In this document: piece by piece, positions 1-11,320 of the stretch
Layout: each line of letters starts with the position of its first letter
Position numbering within the stretch: position 1 is the first letter of the stretch
Source: Octopus bimaculoides
Lineage: Eukaryota
DNA length: 45,949 nt
NCBI RefSeq assembly: GCF_001194135.2
Contig: NC_068995.1
Span: 34,156,426-34,202,374, forward strand
Direction: 5' to 3'
Translations under genes and position numbers: made by a program
The notes under the pieces: model-generated
Seen by the model: only the letters and a program-made list of their open reading frames with translations
Told to the model about the DNA's origin: nothing
Databases searched by the model: none

Positions 1-1
1 T

Positions 2-370
2 TCTAATGGGGATGGCTTTCGTTTTCACAAGTCCCTCTTTTGTTTGGAGCTGTAGCACTGTCTGCCATTTGTTCATTGAGTGCTCTATGTATTTTATGAT
101 AATTGGTGCCACCTTGTTTATGGCTAGTGTTTCCAGAATCCACGTGTGGGGAACACTGTCGAAAGCCTTTTGGTAGTCCACCCAGGCCATACTGAGGCCT
201 TTCTTCTTTCTGCGGCTGTCTTCAGTTATGGCTTTATTGATCAATAATTGATCTTTACAGCCGTATGAGCCCTTGCAGCATCCCTTCTGCTCTTCTGGAA
301 ACAGGTTGTTATTTTCCAGGTGTTTACTCACTCTCTGCGATATTATTGCAGTAAAGGCTTTGTAGATCGT
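2..370 (-). mobile_element. R4/Dong-like (RLE-type) non-LTR retrotransposon, reverse transcriptase fragment running off the window start
   Basis: Stop-free minus frame TIYKAFTAIISQRVSKHLENNNLFPEEQKGC...GCKDQLLINK...AWVDYQKAFDSVPHTWI; the EEQKG, DQLLI and AWxDYxKAFDSVPH motifs are typical of R4/R2-group RTs. Confidence 0.9.
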
Positions 371-672
371 AGGGATCGTAGGGACACAGGAAAAAATTGA
401 TATTGAGACTTGATTCGATTAGGTTAAATTATATTAAATTAAGAATTATTGAAATAAAAAATTGATGAGCGTATAGTTTAGTGAATATAATATGATAGGT
501 TATAGTGATATGACTATGGGATGTGGTTTTAGATTATTTACGAGAAATAAGGTATTACAAATGTATGAAACCGTATACTATTATAAATGTGAAAACGTGT
601 ATTCATCTAATTAGGGGATTAAATGTGCATTTACCAAAATATATTGCTCATATATATATTATATAAGAAAAC

Positions 673-870
673 GAGATGACACAGGAAAAAATGGTTATGT
701 TATGAACGTTGTTAGCTTACAGCTGTTTCTGCTATAGGCTGCAGTGGATTTATATTTGAAGCTATAGGATGTTACTTAGGAGTTCAGTTATGAGTCCACT
801 GCATCTAGTAGCAGAAACGGCTGTAAGCTAACCAAATTCATAACATAACCATTTTTCCCTTTGTCATCTC
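673..870. repeat. Long imperfect inverted repeat (78 bp arms, 42 bp loop); MITE-like or fold-back element
   Basis: Arm 673-750 matches the reverse complement of 793-870 with about 11 mismatches in 78 by manual alignment. Confidence 0.85.
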
Positions 871-987
871 AATTTCTTATTATTGCTCTATACTCATCTA
901 ACACTTCGTTCTGAAGCATACGTATATTGAGTTCTGCACCAGGCTATTAGTCTCGCAATGCATAAGCGAAATATTAAAATACATAAA

Positions 988-1023
988 CACACATACATAC
1001 ACACACATACATATATATTTGTG

Positions 1024-1065
<42 letters not shown>

Positions 1066-1089
1066 TATGCATGCATACATATGTGTGTC
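988..1089. repeat. Compound (CA)/(TA)/(CATA) microsatellite
   Basis: Directly visible. Confidence 0.9.
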
Positions 1090-2130
1090 TATCATGCTAT
1101 AAAACGCCCGTGTTAAAATGTATTACTCGTATAAACTAAAACATTCACCACGATAAATATCACATATATCAGCTGATTCATTGTCCCCTCAATCCACCGC
1201 AGATTGATTGTACTCGCACTTCGTTGCTACTTTAAAGAATACAATGAGCTTCATCGATCCTGTTTAATATTTTCTATAATGTTCGTTGTATCCTGTAGTT
1301 AACCTTCAAACTCAGATAACTGTCTACGTTGACTCTGCTATAATTTAGGAAAAAATAATTAAGGCTATAATCATTCTGACTTCATAATCGGTTAACATTA
1401 TGAATTTTCAACAACGAATAAGCTGGTAGTCTATTAGTACATCTATTTGTTAATTTTGTTAATTTTTCTTTATATAGTTGTACGACATCATAACGCGCGT
1501 CTTTAAGAGTTATATAATTTTCTTTACAAAGCAACATGTTGTGCCTCCTAGATTAAGTTACTGAGTGGTTACTTAACCCCAAAGAAGGGGTAGGCTGTTT
1601 TACTCTGTCCGTTAGCCATGGCAAAAGAGATTGTATGAGGAACAAAATTGAAAGGACTTAGGCATGATGTTTTTCACTTCAGTCGAGCTTTTATTAAATT
1701 ATTCCAGTTTCAATTAGAGAAGAATGAGAAGTTGGAGATGGAGATGTTGCTCTCCATTGAATTTGCTGGCCGGAGGTTCAGTTGTGAAGGCATCTCACCA
1801 GGATGGGCCGACTCTCAAACAGCGTCTAAAGAATGTAAAATAGTTGGGAGAGTGTGCTTATTCTTGGTTGTCAGAGTAACCTAGATATGTAGGCGTTGAA
1901 TTGTCTGTAGATAACTGTTCCTCTATTGGGTCTTATTTCATTTCTTTTCTATACTGCTGTTTTCCATGATTTTTACTTTGATAAGCGATTCGGTGACTAC
2001 TCTTCAGCATTTGTAATTTAGTATTGCAATGTTCTGTTTTCAGTTGCCCTTTTGGCGAAAGCGTCATAATTGCAGTGAGCCATCTTGTAATTTGTACATT
2101 TCGTTATCTATCATTTATAATAGATATATA

Positions 2131-2344
2131 TTGATTTCAAATGTTGACACAAGGCCAGCGATTTCACGGGTGTGGGCAGGGGTGATCAAATCGATTACAT
2201 CGACCCCAGTCTTCATCGACCCCAGTCTTCATCGACCCCAGTCTTCATCGACTCCGGCGGCATTTAAACCCAGAGCGTAAAGTCGGAAAAATGCCGCCAA
2301 ACGTTTTGCTCGGTATACTAACGATTCTGCCAATCCGCCGCCTT
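2131..2344 (-). mobile_element. SINE family A copy with an internal 16 bp tandem triplication
   Basis: Matches the other family A copies in the window (ggcggcgagctggcagaatcgttag head, ggccttgtg tail); catcgaccccagtctt x3 at 2198-2245. Confidence 0.85.
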
Positions 2345-2357
2345 AATTATAACAGTA

Positions 2358-2576
2358 ATATTGGTTTCAGATTTTGGCACAAGGCCAGCAATTTCGGGGG
2401 AAGGGGTAAGTCGATTACATCGACCCCAGTACGTAACTGGTACTTATTTTATTGACTCTGAAAGGATGAAAGGCAAAGTCGGCCTCGGCGGAATTTGAAC
2501 TCAGAACGTAGTGACAGGCGAAATCCCGCTAAACATTTTCTCCACCGTGCTAACGATTCTGTCAGCTTACCGCCTT
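2358..2576 (-). mobile_element. SINE family A (tRNA-derived, about 215 bp)
   Basis: On the minus strand it has an A-box-like tggcagaatcg, a B-box-like gagttcaaattcc and a central gtcgactttgcctttcatcctttc core, repeated many times in the window. The core resembles the MetaSINE domain from memory, unverified. Confidence 0.9.
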
Positions 2577-3832
2577 ATTCATGATACTAATATTAAGTTA
2601 TTGTAACATTCAGATAGTATCAAGTTAATTTTTTTTATACTAATTGAAACTTATAGTGATGTTTTATACAAAACAGCTTACTCAATATCACGAGGACAAG
2701 AAACGAATATCTTTGATGCGAAAGATGATATATTAAATTCAATATTGTGGTTTAGAAATGAACTGGAACACTGGTTTTGACCATGCTTCTATTGGCTTAT
2801 TATTTCACTGATTAACGAAAGAGGAAGTCTAAATCTTCAATAGAATTTCAGTCATACAATAGAGATAAGATTACTTGTTCTACCTCACTTGTTTACTTTA
2901 CCAAGTTAAACAAAGAGAATCATAACTTCAATTTAAAAAAAAAAATCCTATATTAGAGGAAGGATGTTTCTTATTGTGCATTACAAAAGATTTAGTTGTA
3001 CTTGAAGCCTAAACTAAATCCTAAACTACAATTAATCAAGTGCTTCTAAGACATTGCTGTCATTTGGAAAAAAAAACCGTCTTTCATCTGGTTTTTATCT
3101 GAAATGCTCTGTTCAGTTCTTTCATCTTGGTTCTTATCACATTCGATCTTAGCTTTTATTTCTATTGGAAAATGTCTTCATCGATTTCATTCCAAATTAT
3201 TAAGACTACTCTAATAATAGTTCACGCAACAAAAGGGAGAATTTTTTAAATTAATTTTTCGGATGACTTGACATTTAAGCATCCATTTATCAACAGAAAT
3301 TTTGGTTCTAAAAGATCAGAAGCAACACGTATTTGTTCTGCTTAATTATGTTACATCTTATGAAAATTTCATTGGTAGTCGTTCAAGTTGTTAGTGGATT
3401 GACAGAATCGGTAGAGCGTTGGACAGAATGCCTTGCGTTATTTGTTCCAGCTCTTTACGTTGAGTTAAAATTCTACCGAGATCAATTTCGCTTTTCGTCC
3501 TTCTCGTGTATAAAATAAAGCAACACTCAATTACTCAAGTCGATATAATTGATTGTGCCCCATCTCCAAAATTTGTAAGAACTCTTTCTCAACATTACCG
3601 CAATGAATCGATCAATGGAAAGTTATTTGTTTTCGTTTCGTAGACAATAGATCCCGAAATGTTTGGGTGTCTATCCTAAAACCAGAAACAGATAAAAGCG
3701 TGTCTTTTATGATATATTTATATAGTATACATTATATATTTAAAATATTATTAAAATAATATCAAGACGCTGTGTGTAGGTTGTTTAAGATGACTTTCTT
3801 TTCTGAGGTTGCTGTAAGAGGTATTAGTAATC

Positions 3833-4042
3833 CTTTCTATTATAGGCACAAGGCCTGAAATTTGGAGGAAGGGACTAGTCGATTACATAGATTCCAGTAC
3901 TCAACTGGGACTTGATTTATCGACCCCGAAAGGATGAAAGGTAAAGTCGACTTCAGCGGAATTTGAACTCGGAACGTAGTGACGGGCGAAATACCGCTAA
4001 GTATTTCGTCCAGTGTGCTCACAATTCTACCAGCTCGCCGCT
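3833..4042 (-). mobile_element. SINE family A with a perfect 20 bp target-site duplication
   Basis: TSD tgtaagaggtattagtaatc at 3813-3832 and 4043-4062. Confidence 0.95.
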
Positions 4043-4558
4043 TGTAAGAGGTATTAGTAATCAACGATGGAACGACAGACGATGTAAGTTAATAAGAGAA
4101 AGAATGAGATGGTATAGGCAACGACGTAAAGTAAAGCAGAGAGTCGAATCAATAGAACAAACACGGGAGCGGCAGCATGTAGAAAGGAAAATATGAATCA
4201 AGGAGTATAGCGCGAGTATTTACAATTGATAAGGGAACGTGTTCAAGATACAATATAAAATGAAAATGAGAGAGAACGCCAAGAAAACTGTAAACATATG
4301 GCTGAAGGTTACAACATCGGTGACATGAATATTAACCATTGTGGAGCTCTTAGATATTAATCATTGTGAAGCACTTAGATTTATAAATGACCCTCCGAAC
4401 TGCTGAGAGAATGGGCAAGTCATGCTCCTTCAATCATAGCCTTATCTAAAACTGAAAGTGTTTTTAAGTGAAAATAATGCTGAATATACAATTTATAGAG
4501 GAACGCTCATTTTTATGACTCTATATAAACTTTATTTACATTATTTACATTTCCCCAA

Positions 4559-4604
4559 GACACCTGAAGAAGGCTGGAGGGTATATCAGCCGAAACGTTG
4601 TGTT
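4559..4604 (+). ncRNA. Minimal type I hammerhead ribozyme motif, probably from a Penelope-like element terminal repeat (about 4493-4695)
   Basis: Stem I gacac (4559-63)/gtgtt (4600-04); core CTGAAGA (4564-70) plus one extra A; stem II ggctg/cagcc; GAA; palindromic ACGT stem III; GUU cleavage triplet. Confidence 0.7.
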
Positions 4605-4769
4605 AACAACAAACAAGATGAGGACAAATATCCGTCAAATGTAAATAATGTAAATCATGTACATCATTCCTCATCTCTTAGATATAGAACTGTATTATCT
4701 ATATAAACTTACAACCATTTGAAACATTTCTTATTTACCGTGGAATTTGCAAGGATACTGACTGCTAGT

Positions 4770-4833
<64 letters not shown>
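4770..4833 (-). repeat. (GTA)~21 microsatellite inside the LINE RLE motif
   Basis: The (TAC)n tract is in frame with PDL-VVV of the LINE. Confidence 0.9.
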
Positions 4834-4834
<1 letters not shown>

Positions 4835-7216
4835 AATCAGGCATTCTAGCTTCTATTACTTTGTCAGTCTGAATTTTGAAGTCCCACAACATCTTATATT
4901 TCTTACTTTCTGCCATTTACCAGCATGTTCAAATCCTAGCTTTCTACATAGCTCCCAGTGGATTACTCTTCTTAGGTTGTCATGCTTTTTCTTTCATTCT
5001 TTCTGTGCCAGCATGCTACATTCACTTATTATTTGAGTAACGCTTTCCTTTTTTGATTTGCGTAATCCACATTGGGAATCTACTTGGTTTTTATCTGTCT
5101 TGGCTTTTATCCAATTAGTCCTTAATGATTTTGTGCAGTTACTAACAAACTTTCTGTCTCCCTCTTCAACCTTCCTTTCTGCAATCACAACCATGTCTCA
5201 CTATTACTATTTGCTGCAACTATCTTTAGGAATCTAACGTGCTACGCCTTCTCCTGCCAGTCAGATAACTTCTGTTCTTTTTTTTCTGGTTTTTAACTTC
5301 GTTTGGGTTTTTGGTTTCCCTATATCTTGCTGTAACTCTAGCAGCTTTTAATAAACTTTCTTCGCTATTACCTACATAAGAGTCTATATCTACTCTAAAT
5401 AACTCCACGCAGTCTTCTACTGATATTAGCCTCTTCCGCCTTCCTTTCGAGGTAGGTATATTCTTGCTACTCCTGCCCTTGGGTGGAGTTCTCCTTTCAT
5501 ATTGAATTCTTTCCTAGTACTGTCTAGCTTTGCTAATTCAGTTCTTGTCCAAGTTACAAAAGCTGTTGAGTATCTAAGTAATGATACTGCCCAACTATTT
5601 ACAGCTTTCATTAGATTTGGACTATGTAGCCTTGTCTTCATTAGCTTCCTCACCCTTCTGATATACTCATCAATTTGCGTTTTCGTTTTTGTAGTTAGTA
5701 CTCTGTCAGATTCTAAAACTCCTAGATGCTTACAACTCTCTCCTCCTGTCAATGATTTTAATGTCTGGCGATCTGGTAATTGGATGCCTTCGCTGTTGAC
5801 TACCTGTCCCCTTCTTATGACTAATGTTGCACACTTACCTATGCCAAATTACATGCTTATATCTTTACTGAAGAGTCTTACAGTCTGCATTAAGGAATCT
5901 ATCTCTTTTTCATTCTTACTAAAAGCTTCAAATCATCCATGTAGAGCAAATGGTTAAGTTTTCCCTTACTATTTCTGAACTGATAGCCTGCCTTTGCCTT
6001 CCTAAATACTAAACTGAGGGGGATCAAACATAAGACAAATATTAAAGGGGACGAGTTCCCCTGGAAAATTCCTCTTTTGATATTAACTTTCCCTAACAGT
6101 CTATCATCTGAGCAGAGATATACTTTCCATTTCTTCATGCTACAGCTAATTAATTCTCTTACATTGTCTGCTATATTGAATATACTCAAACATTCACTTA
6201 TCCTTGTGTGTAGAATCATGTCATAGGCTTTCCTATAATCTATCCATGCTATTGTTAGATTTTCCTTTGTAGCTCTTACTTCATTTAGAACTGCTTTGTC
6301 TATGTATGATAGATCATGCGTTCGTCTAGCCTTCTTCCTGCGACCTTTCTGTTCTTCTGGCAGTAAGTTCTGGTTGTCAAGGTTCTCATAAATGCTTTCT
6401 CAAAGTATTCCTGTTAACAGCTTCCACACTAAATGTAAGTAAGTGGTTGGTCTATAGTTGCCAGCTCTATTACCCTTGCTCTTATCTTTCATGATGAATA
6501 TTGTCCTCCCTCTAGTCATTCAATCTAGTATTATTCCTCCATTAAGGCAATCTTGAAGTTGCTCCCACAGCCTCCCATTTAAACTACTAAATTTCTTTCG
6601 CCAGTACCCTTGAACTAAATCAGGCCTTGGGCCCTTCCAATTCGGCTTTTTTCCTAACACTCTATTCATTAATGCACTAGTTAATCTTAGCTCTGGCTGC
6701 TTCTCAATCACTACTTCTTCCCTCACTTTCTTTAACCATACTGCATCTCCATTATGATTTACTGGTTTATCCCAAATATTACTCCAGAACTTTCTAGCTT
6801 CTTCTGTATTAGGTATCTCATCTTCAGTACTTCATTCTCCAATATTTATTTGGTTATAAAATCTCCTCTGGTCTATCTCAAATAATCTATTCTGTTAATA
6901 CTGATCTATTCTTTTCTGATATCTGGAGAGCTTGTCTGCTACTGCTATGATACGCTGTTTCAACTCTTCTATTACTGTCCCAAATCCTTTCTATTTGACT
7001 AAGTATCTCTTCTCGAGGGAAGATTTGCCTCTTCTGTTTCCTAACTTGTTTAGTTTCCCGGCTTCTATTCTACTCAGATCTTGTCTTAAAGTCTCCTCTT
7101 TATTTTGTAGTCTCCTTTTCCAAATTAGCTCATTTTACCTCTTTCCCTGTGAGATATCTAATCTTCTGGTGACTATTACCCCATTTGCATAGATCGGTAA
7201 GCTAGTGTCTCCTATA

Positions 7217-7445
7217 TTTTTAGTATGGTAGGCATCAGAACCAGAGGCAGACCTCGGTTTATGTGGATGGATGGAGTGAGGAAAGCTTTGCTAGTTAGAG
7301 CTATTGGAGTGAGAGAGGCAAGAGAGTTTATAAATGATAGGAAAGCTTGGAGAGTTTGTTGACGGATGAGTGAATTTTTGATGTTGCAGAAAGGGGTACA
7401 GAACCAGCATATGCTGCCGGGGTCCGCTGCTGATATTGGGGATTG
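7217..7445 (+). mobile_element. 3' end of an RTE-like LINE nested in the R4 element
   Basis: Plus frame GIRTRGRPRFMWMDGVRKAL...AREFINDRKAWRVC* (7231-7362) matches the GRPxxxWxDxV...DRxxWR C-terminus of RTE-clade ORFs. Boundaries are approximate. Confidence 0.7.
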
Positions 7446-7761
7446 TGTTCTATATAATACTGGCAATCTTTTTCTTACCTCTTTACTCATTAGCTTCTAC
7501 ATCTAAAATCTTCTGATCTTCCTCACTTAAACCACTTACGTCGCTGGTGCAAGTTGTCCATTCCTTATTGGTAGTGCTATTATTATTTTTTCCTTTAGAT
7601 TCTTCTTTGGTTTGAGATGTATCTCATATGTTGTTGTTTGTCTTTCCTAGTGCCTTGTCTTTCTTTTCCAGTTCTCTTGTCATCTCTTCTATCTCCAATT
7701 CTGTCATCCATTCTCTTCTAATAGCATCTATTAGTCTTCTTCTAATAGCATCTATTAGTCT

Positions 7762-8262
7762 GAAAGTATTTTCTTCCCTGTCTTTAATAATTATGTCTGG
7801 TCGATTAACCTGGATCGTTCTGCCAGCGTTGACTGGAAAATCCCAGAGGACGGTTACAATTTTACCTTCAACAACTGGTTCAGTATGATGTTCATACCAG
7901 CAAGTAGGGTTATCAATTTTGTAGTGTTTACATATTTTCCAATGTAAATACTGTCTTACCCTATTGTGGCGATTTTTGTATTCGTTTCGTGTCAGCACTG
8001 GATATCCCGAAAGGAGATGGTCTGTTGTTTCGTCAAATGTGTCGCAGAATCTGCATTTAGGGTTAGCACCATTTTTGAGAACGTAAGCCTGGTAATTTCT
8101 AGTAAGCAAGCTTTGATCTTGTGCCGTCAATATGAAACCTTCAGTCTCTGCTTTCAATCCTGAACCCCTAGCCACTGAAGGGTTGTTACTTGGTCTACAT
8201 AGGTATTTTGGCTTTGGAGAATGTATTGTCCATGTAGGGGGTTCAGGCCTCATTGCTTCTCA

Positions 8263-8264
<2 letters not shown>
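7762..8264 (-). mobile_element. Second R4/Dong-like LINE fragment (post-RT region, CCHC knuckle, N-terminal half of RLE)
   Basis: PLHGQY (one frame upstream), GLKAETEGFILTAQDQSL, CRFCDTFDETTDHLLSG, YKNRHNRV, LWDFPVNAGRTIQVNRPDIIIKD. Confidence 0.92.

Positions 8265-8315
<51 letters not shown>
8265..8315. repeat. (TTA)n microsatellite at the 5' junction of the R4 fragment
   Basis: Directly visible. Confidence 0.95.
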
Positions 8316-8316
<1 letters not shown>

Positions 8317-8640
8317 GGTCGACATTGTATTTCATCCCTTCGGGGACGGTAAAATAAATACCAGTTGAGCAATTGGGTCGATGTTATCAACTTACTTCCT
8401 CCTCATAAGTCGCTGAACTTAATACCAAATTTTGAAACCATTATTATTATTATCCTGACGGTGGCGATCTGGCAGAACAGTTAGTAATGCATAACAAAAT
8501 TTAATCTGTCTTTAAGTTCTGAGTTCCTATTCTGCTGGGATCGATCCAATAAGTATTAGTTAAGTACTGGGGGTCGGTGTGATCGATTTGCCCCGCCTTC
8601 AAAAATTATTGGCTCTCTGCCAAAATTTTATACCATTATA
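8315..8640 (+). mobile_element. Two degenerate or partial SINE family A copies (about 8315-8445 and 8456-8640)
   Basis: aaggtcgac...tttcatcccttcgggg...accagttgagc and ggtggcgatctggcagaac...gttctgagttc segments. Confidence 0.75.
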
Positions 8641-9343
8641 TTGCACATAATACACACGTGACATGGTTATATCTTACAAAATATACTGTTTAAATATGAT
8701 AAATACTCAGGAAAATAATAAAAAAAAAGAAATAAGCATTTGGTACAAAAGAGACGAAAAGAAATGAACTTTCGAATATAAACAAGATAAACGAGACAAA
8801 TGAATTTAAAATATTAACAACAGTATTTAAAAACAAATCACCTATTACGAAGCAAAAAAAATAATTACTGTACAGTCATTAAAGGATGATGTTGGCTATA
8901 TCACCGCTGACAAAGCCTTGGGCTTGTTTCTTTTGCTCAGACAGCCACTAATGTTTCCCTAACTTCTGCATATAACCTTACAGTGGTTATTTCCGACGTT
9001 AAAAACATTAAATCCATGTTTTCATTTCAGACAAACAGTTGCCAACATATTTTATCTTAGATTATCTTTTTCTAAGTTTGTTTTTTGATTTTCTGATAAT
9101 GGAATGTAATACAGTTTATAATCTTATCTTCTTGAATAATTTCCAGATATTTAAAGCAGGATAAGGACTAGTTAGCATTAGGTTCCAAATATCTTGATTT
9201 TAAAGTTTATTTATGAAACAGAAAGATGTTATAGAATTTAGCATATAATATATGGTTGTGGAAGAAGTTAAATCTGACTGCACTCTAAGTCCTCTTTTAT
9301 CAAATGCAGGATACTAATCATTTTCAGTATTTTGTATGGAGTT

Positions 9344-9790
9344 AAGGCGGCGAGCTGGCGGAATAGTTAGCAGGATGGGCAAACTGCTTCGTAAAGTTTT
9401 GTGTCTTTACGTTCTGAGTTCAAATTCCGCCGAGGTCGACTTTACCTTCCATCCTTTCTGGGTCGATAAAATAAGTACTAGTTGAACACTGGTGGTCAAT
9501 GTAATCGACTTCTACCCCCACCACAAACAGCTGGCCTTATGCCAAAGTTTGAAATCAATATTTGCTATCCAATAAGGTGGCAAGCAGGCAGAATCGTTAG
9601 AACTCCGGTCGAAGTGCTTAGCTGCATTTCATCCGTATTTACGTTGTGAGTTCAAGTGCCACAGAGGTCGACCTTGCCTTTCATCTTTTCGAGATCAATA
9701 AAATAAATACCAGTTGAGCACTAGGAACAATGTAATCAACTTACGCCATCCATCGAACTTCCTGGCCTTGCGCCAAAATTTTAAAGCAAT
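9344..9790 (+). mobile_element. Tandem pair of SINE family A copies (about 9344-9560 and 9572-9790)
   Basis: Two full head-core-tail units. Confidence 0.9.
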
Positions 9791-11105
9791 ATTTGCTATG
9801 GAGAATTGCAAATAAAACTGGAGCTCGAGCTATCAGTTCAGTTACGCAACAAATTTTAAAATTCTGTTATTTACAGAGATTGAAAAGATTAAAGAAATAC
9901 AAAACCTACGTTATGTTTACATATAGAAACAAGTAAGGATTTAGTTGCTCAATGAAGTAATTTATAACAAAGGAAAATTGGAAACTGAACCACCGATCTT
10001 CTCATGTAATAATATATGATCATCTTTTCAAGTTTCATTAACTGAAATGAAATTCAACTAATAAAAGGAAAACCCACAGAATTCCAGAAACGGATACTTG
10101 AGTCATACGAAAAAGGTTTGGTCGATTATTTTGGCAGCTAACATACTGAATATTACAAACTATTCCAGCTGTTATGGATTTGAAATTATTCAAGCTGTGC
10201 TAGAATCTAAAGAGTAAACTAATTTGATCAGAAATTCGAGAGGCATTTTATTCGTGGTGTATCATAAAATTTATTTTCTTTCCTACTTCACTGTCACCTG
10301 AACTGTCACTTTCTCTTCTTCCCTACTTCTTTCTCACTTATCTGATCAGCTCACGTCACTGTCACTATCTTTATCTTATTAGCACCCTCTTTCTCCCCAT
10401 CTACTTCAGAAATACATTTAATTTTTTCATTCATCTCATTAACTGATTTTACGTTGTTTTTCTCCAGTCTTGATTTTAGATGCAAAAATAGTATTTAGAA
10501 GGAAATGTTACATGATGCTTAAACATAAGATTTCCTAGATTTAGATGAGAAAAAAAAAATGATATTATCAGTGTTACATCTTGTTTTTCTTTCGCTTAGA
10601 GATCGTGAATGTATATCCAGATTAATATGCATTTGTATGCATGTGTTTCTTTATGTTTGTGTAGATCTAAGCTTCATCGAGTTACATTATGAACCAAAAA
10701 TAAAAATACGAAGTAAAATCAAATCATTCTACTAGAATTGGAAGAAAGAGTAGAGTTCCCTTCTGGCATTTAGCCGCAACTCATTTGCCATATTCTGAGT
10801 TCAAATGTCACCAGAGTCAATGTTACTCCTTATCCTTTACTTTTTACTCTTTATACCAGTCATGTGCTGAGACAGACATGTCGACTTCCCATTTCTCCCC
10901 AAATTTGCAGTCAAGAAGCTGCAAATGCTTTGGAGAAAGATGAAGAAATGTTGGAAATTAACGTGTGAAATGGATAAAAGAAGTATGTAACCGATTGTTA
11001 TGTGTGCAACACACTGATTGTTAAACGGTATTTGAAATAAAACACAAGGTTTTATAGTTATATGCGAAGTAAATAACTGTTGAATGTAAGAAAGCCTTTA
11101 TATTG

Positions 11106-11320
11106 CTTTCAAATTTTGGTACACGGCTAGTAGTTTAGAGAAAGGGGTCAAATCGATTACATCGATCTAGTGTTCAACTGGTACTTATTTAAATCGACCC
11201 CGAAATGATGAAAGGCAAAGTCGACCCCGGCGGCATTTGAACACAGAACATAAAGCCGGAAGAAATGCCGCTAAGCAATTTTCCCGGCGCAGTAACGATT
11301 CTGTCAGCTCATCGCCTTAA
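11106..11320 (-). mobile_element. SINE family A with an imperfect TSD
   Basis: aaagcctttatattg (11091-11105) and aaagccctttatattg (11323-11338). Confidence 0.9.

Larger units (their letters stand above)
4720..7761 (-). mobile_element. Degenerate, nearly full-ORF R4/Dong-like LINE (N-terminal region, RT, CCHC knuckle, RLE), interrupted at about 7217-7445
   Basis: Frameshifted minus-strand motifs in order: EWMTELEIEEM, RKRLP, FWSNIWDKP, NWKGPRPDLVQGYW, NYRP, AWIDYRKAYDM, IKRGIFQG, HLLYMDDLKL, KHLGV, LPRKEGGRG, QCGLRKSKKESVTQIISECS, LWDFKIQTDKVIEARMPDLVV. Confidence 0.92.

Noticed and set aside
721-830. GAAACAGCTGTA in the hairpin arms resembles a hammerhead 3' half
   Set aside because: The CUGANGA core is absent (CTGCAGC/CTGCATC) and no stem I pairing was found.
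894-1095. YI/SIYL/VC/poly-L/poly-I ORFs here and throughout the window
   Set aside because: They are translations of microsatellites.
5502-5957. 151 aa plus-strand hydrophobic ORF
   Set aside because: It is the antisense shadow of the A-rich R4 RT coding strand.
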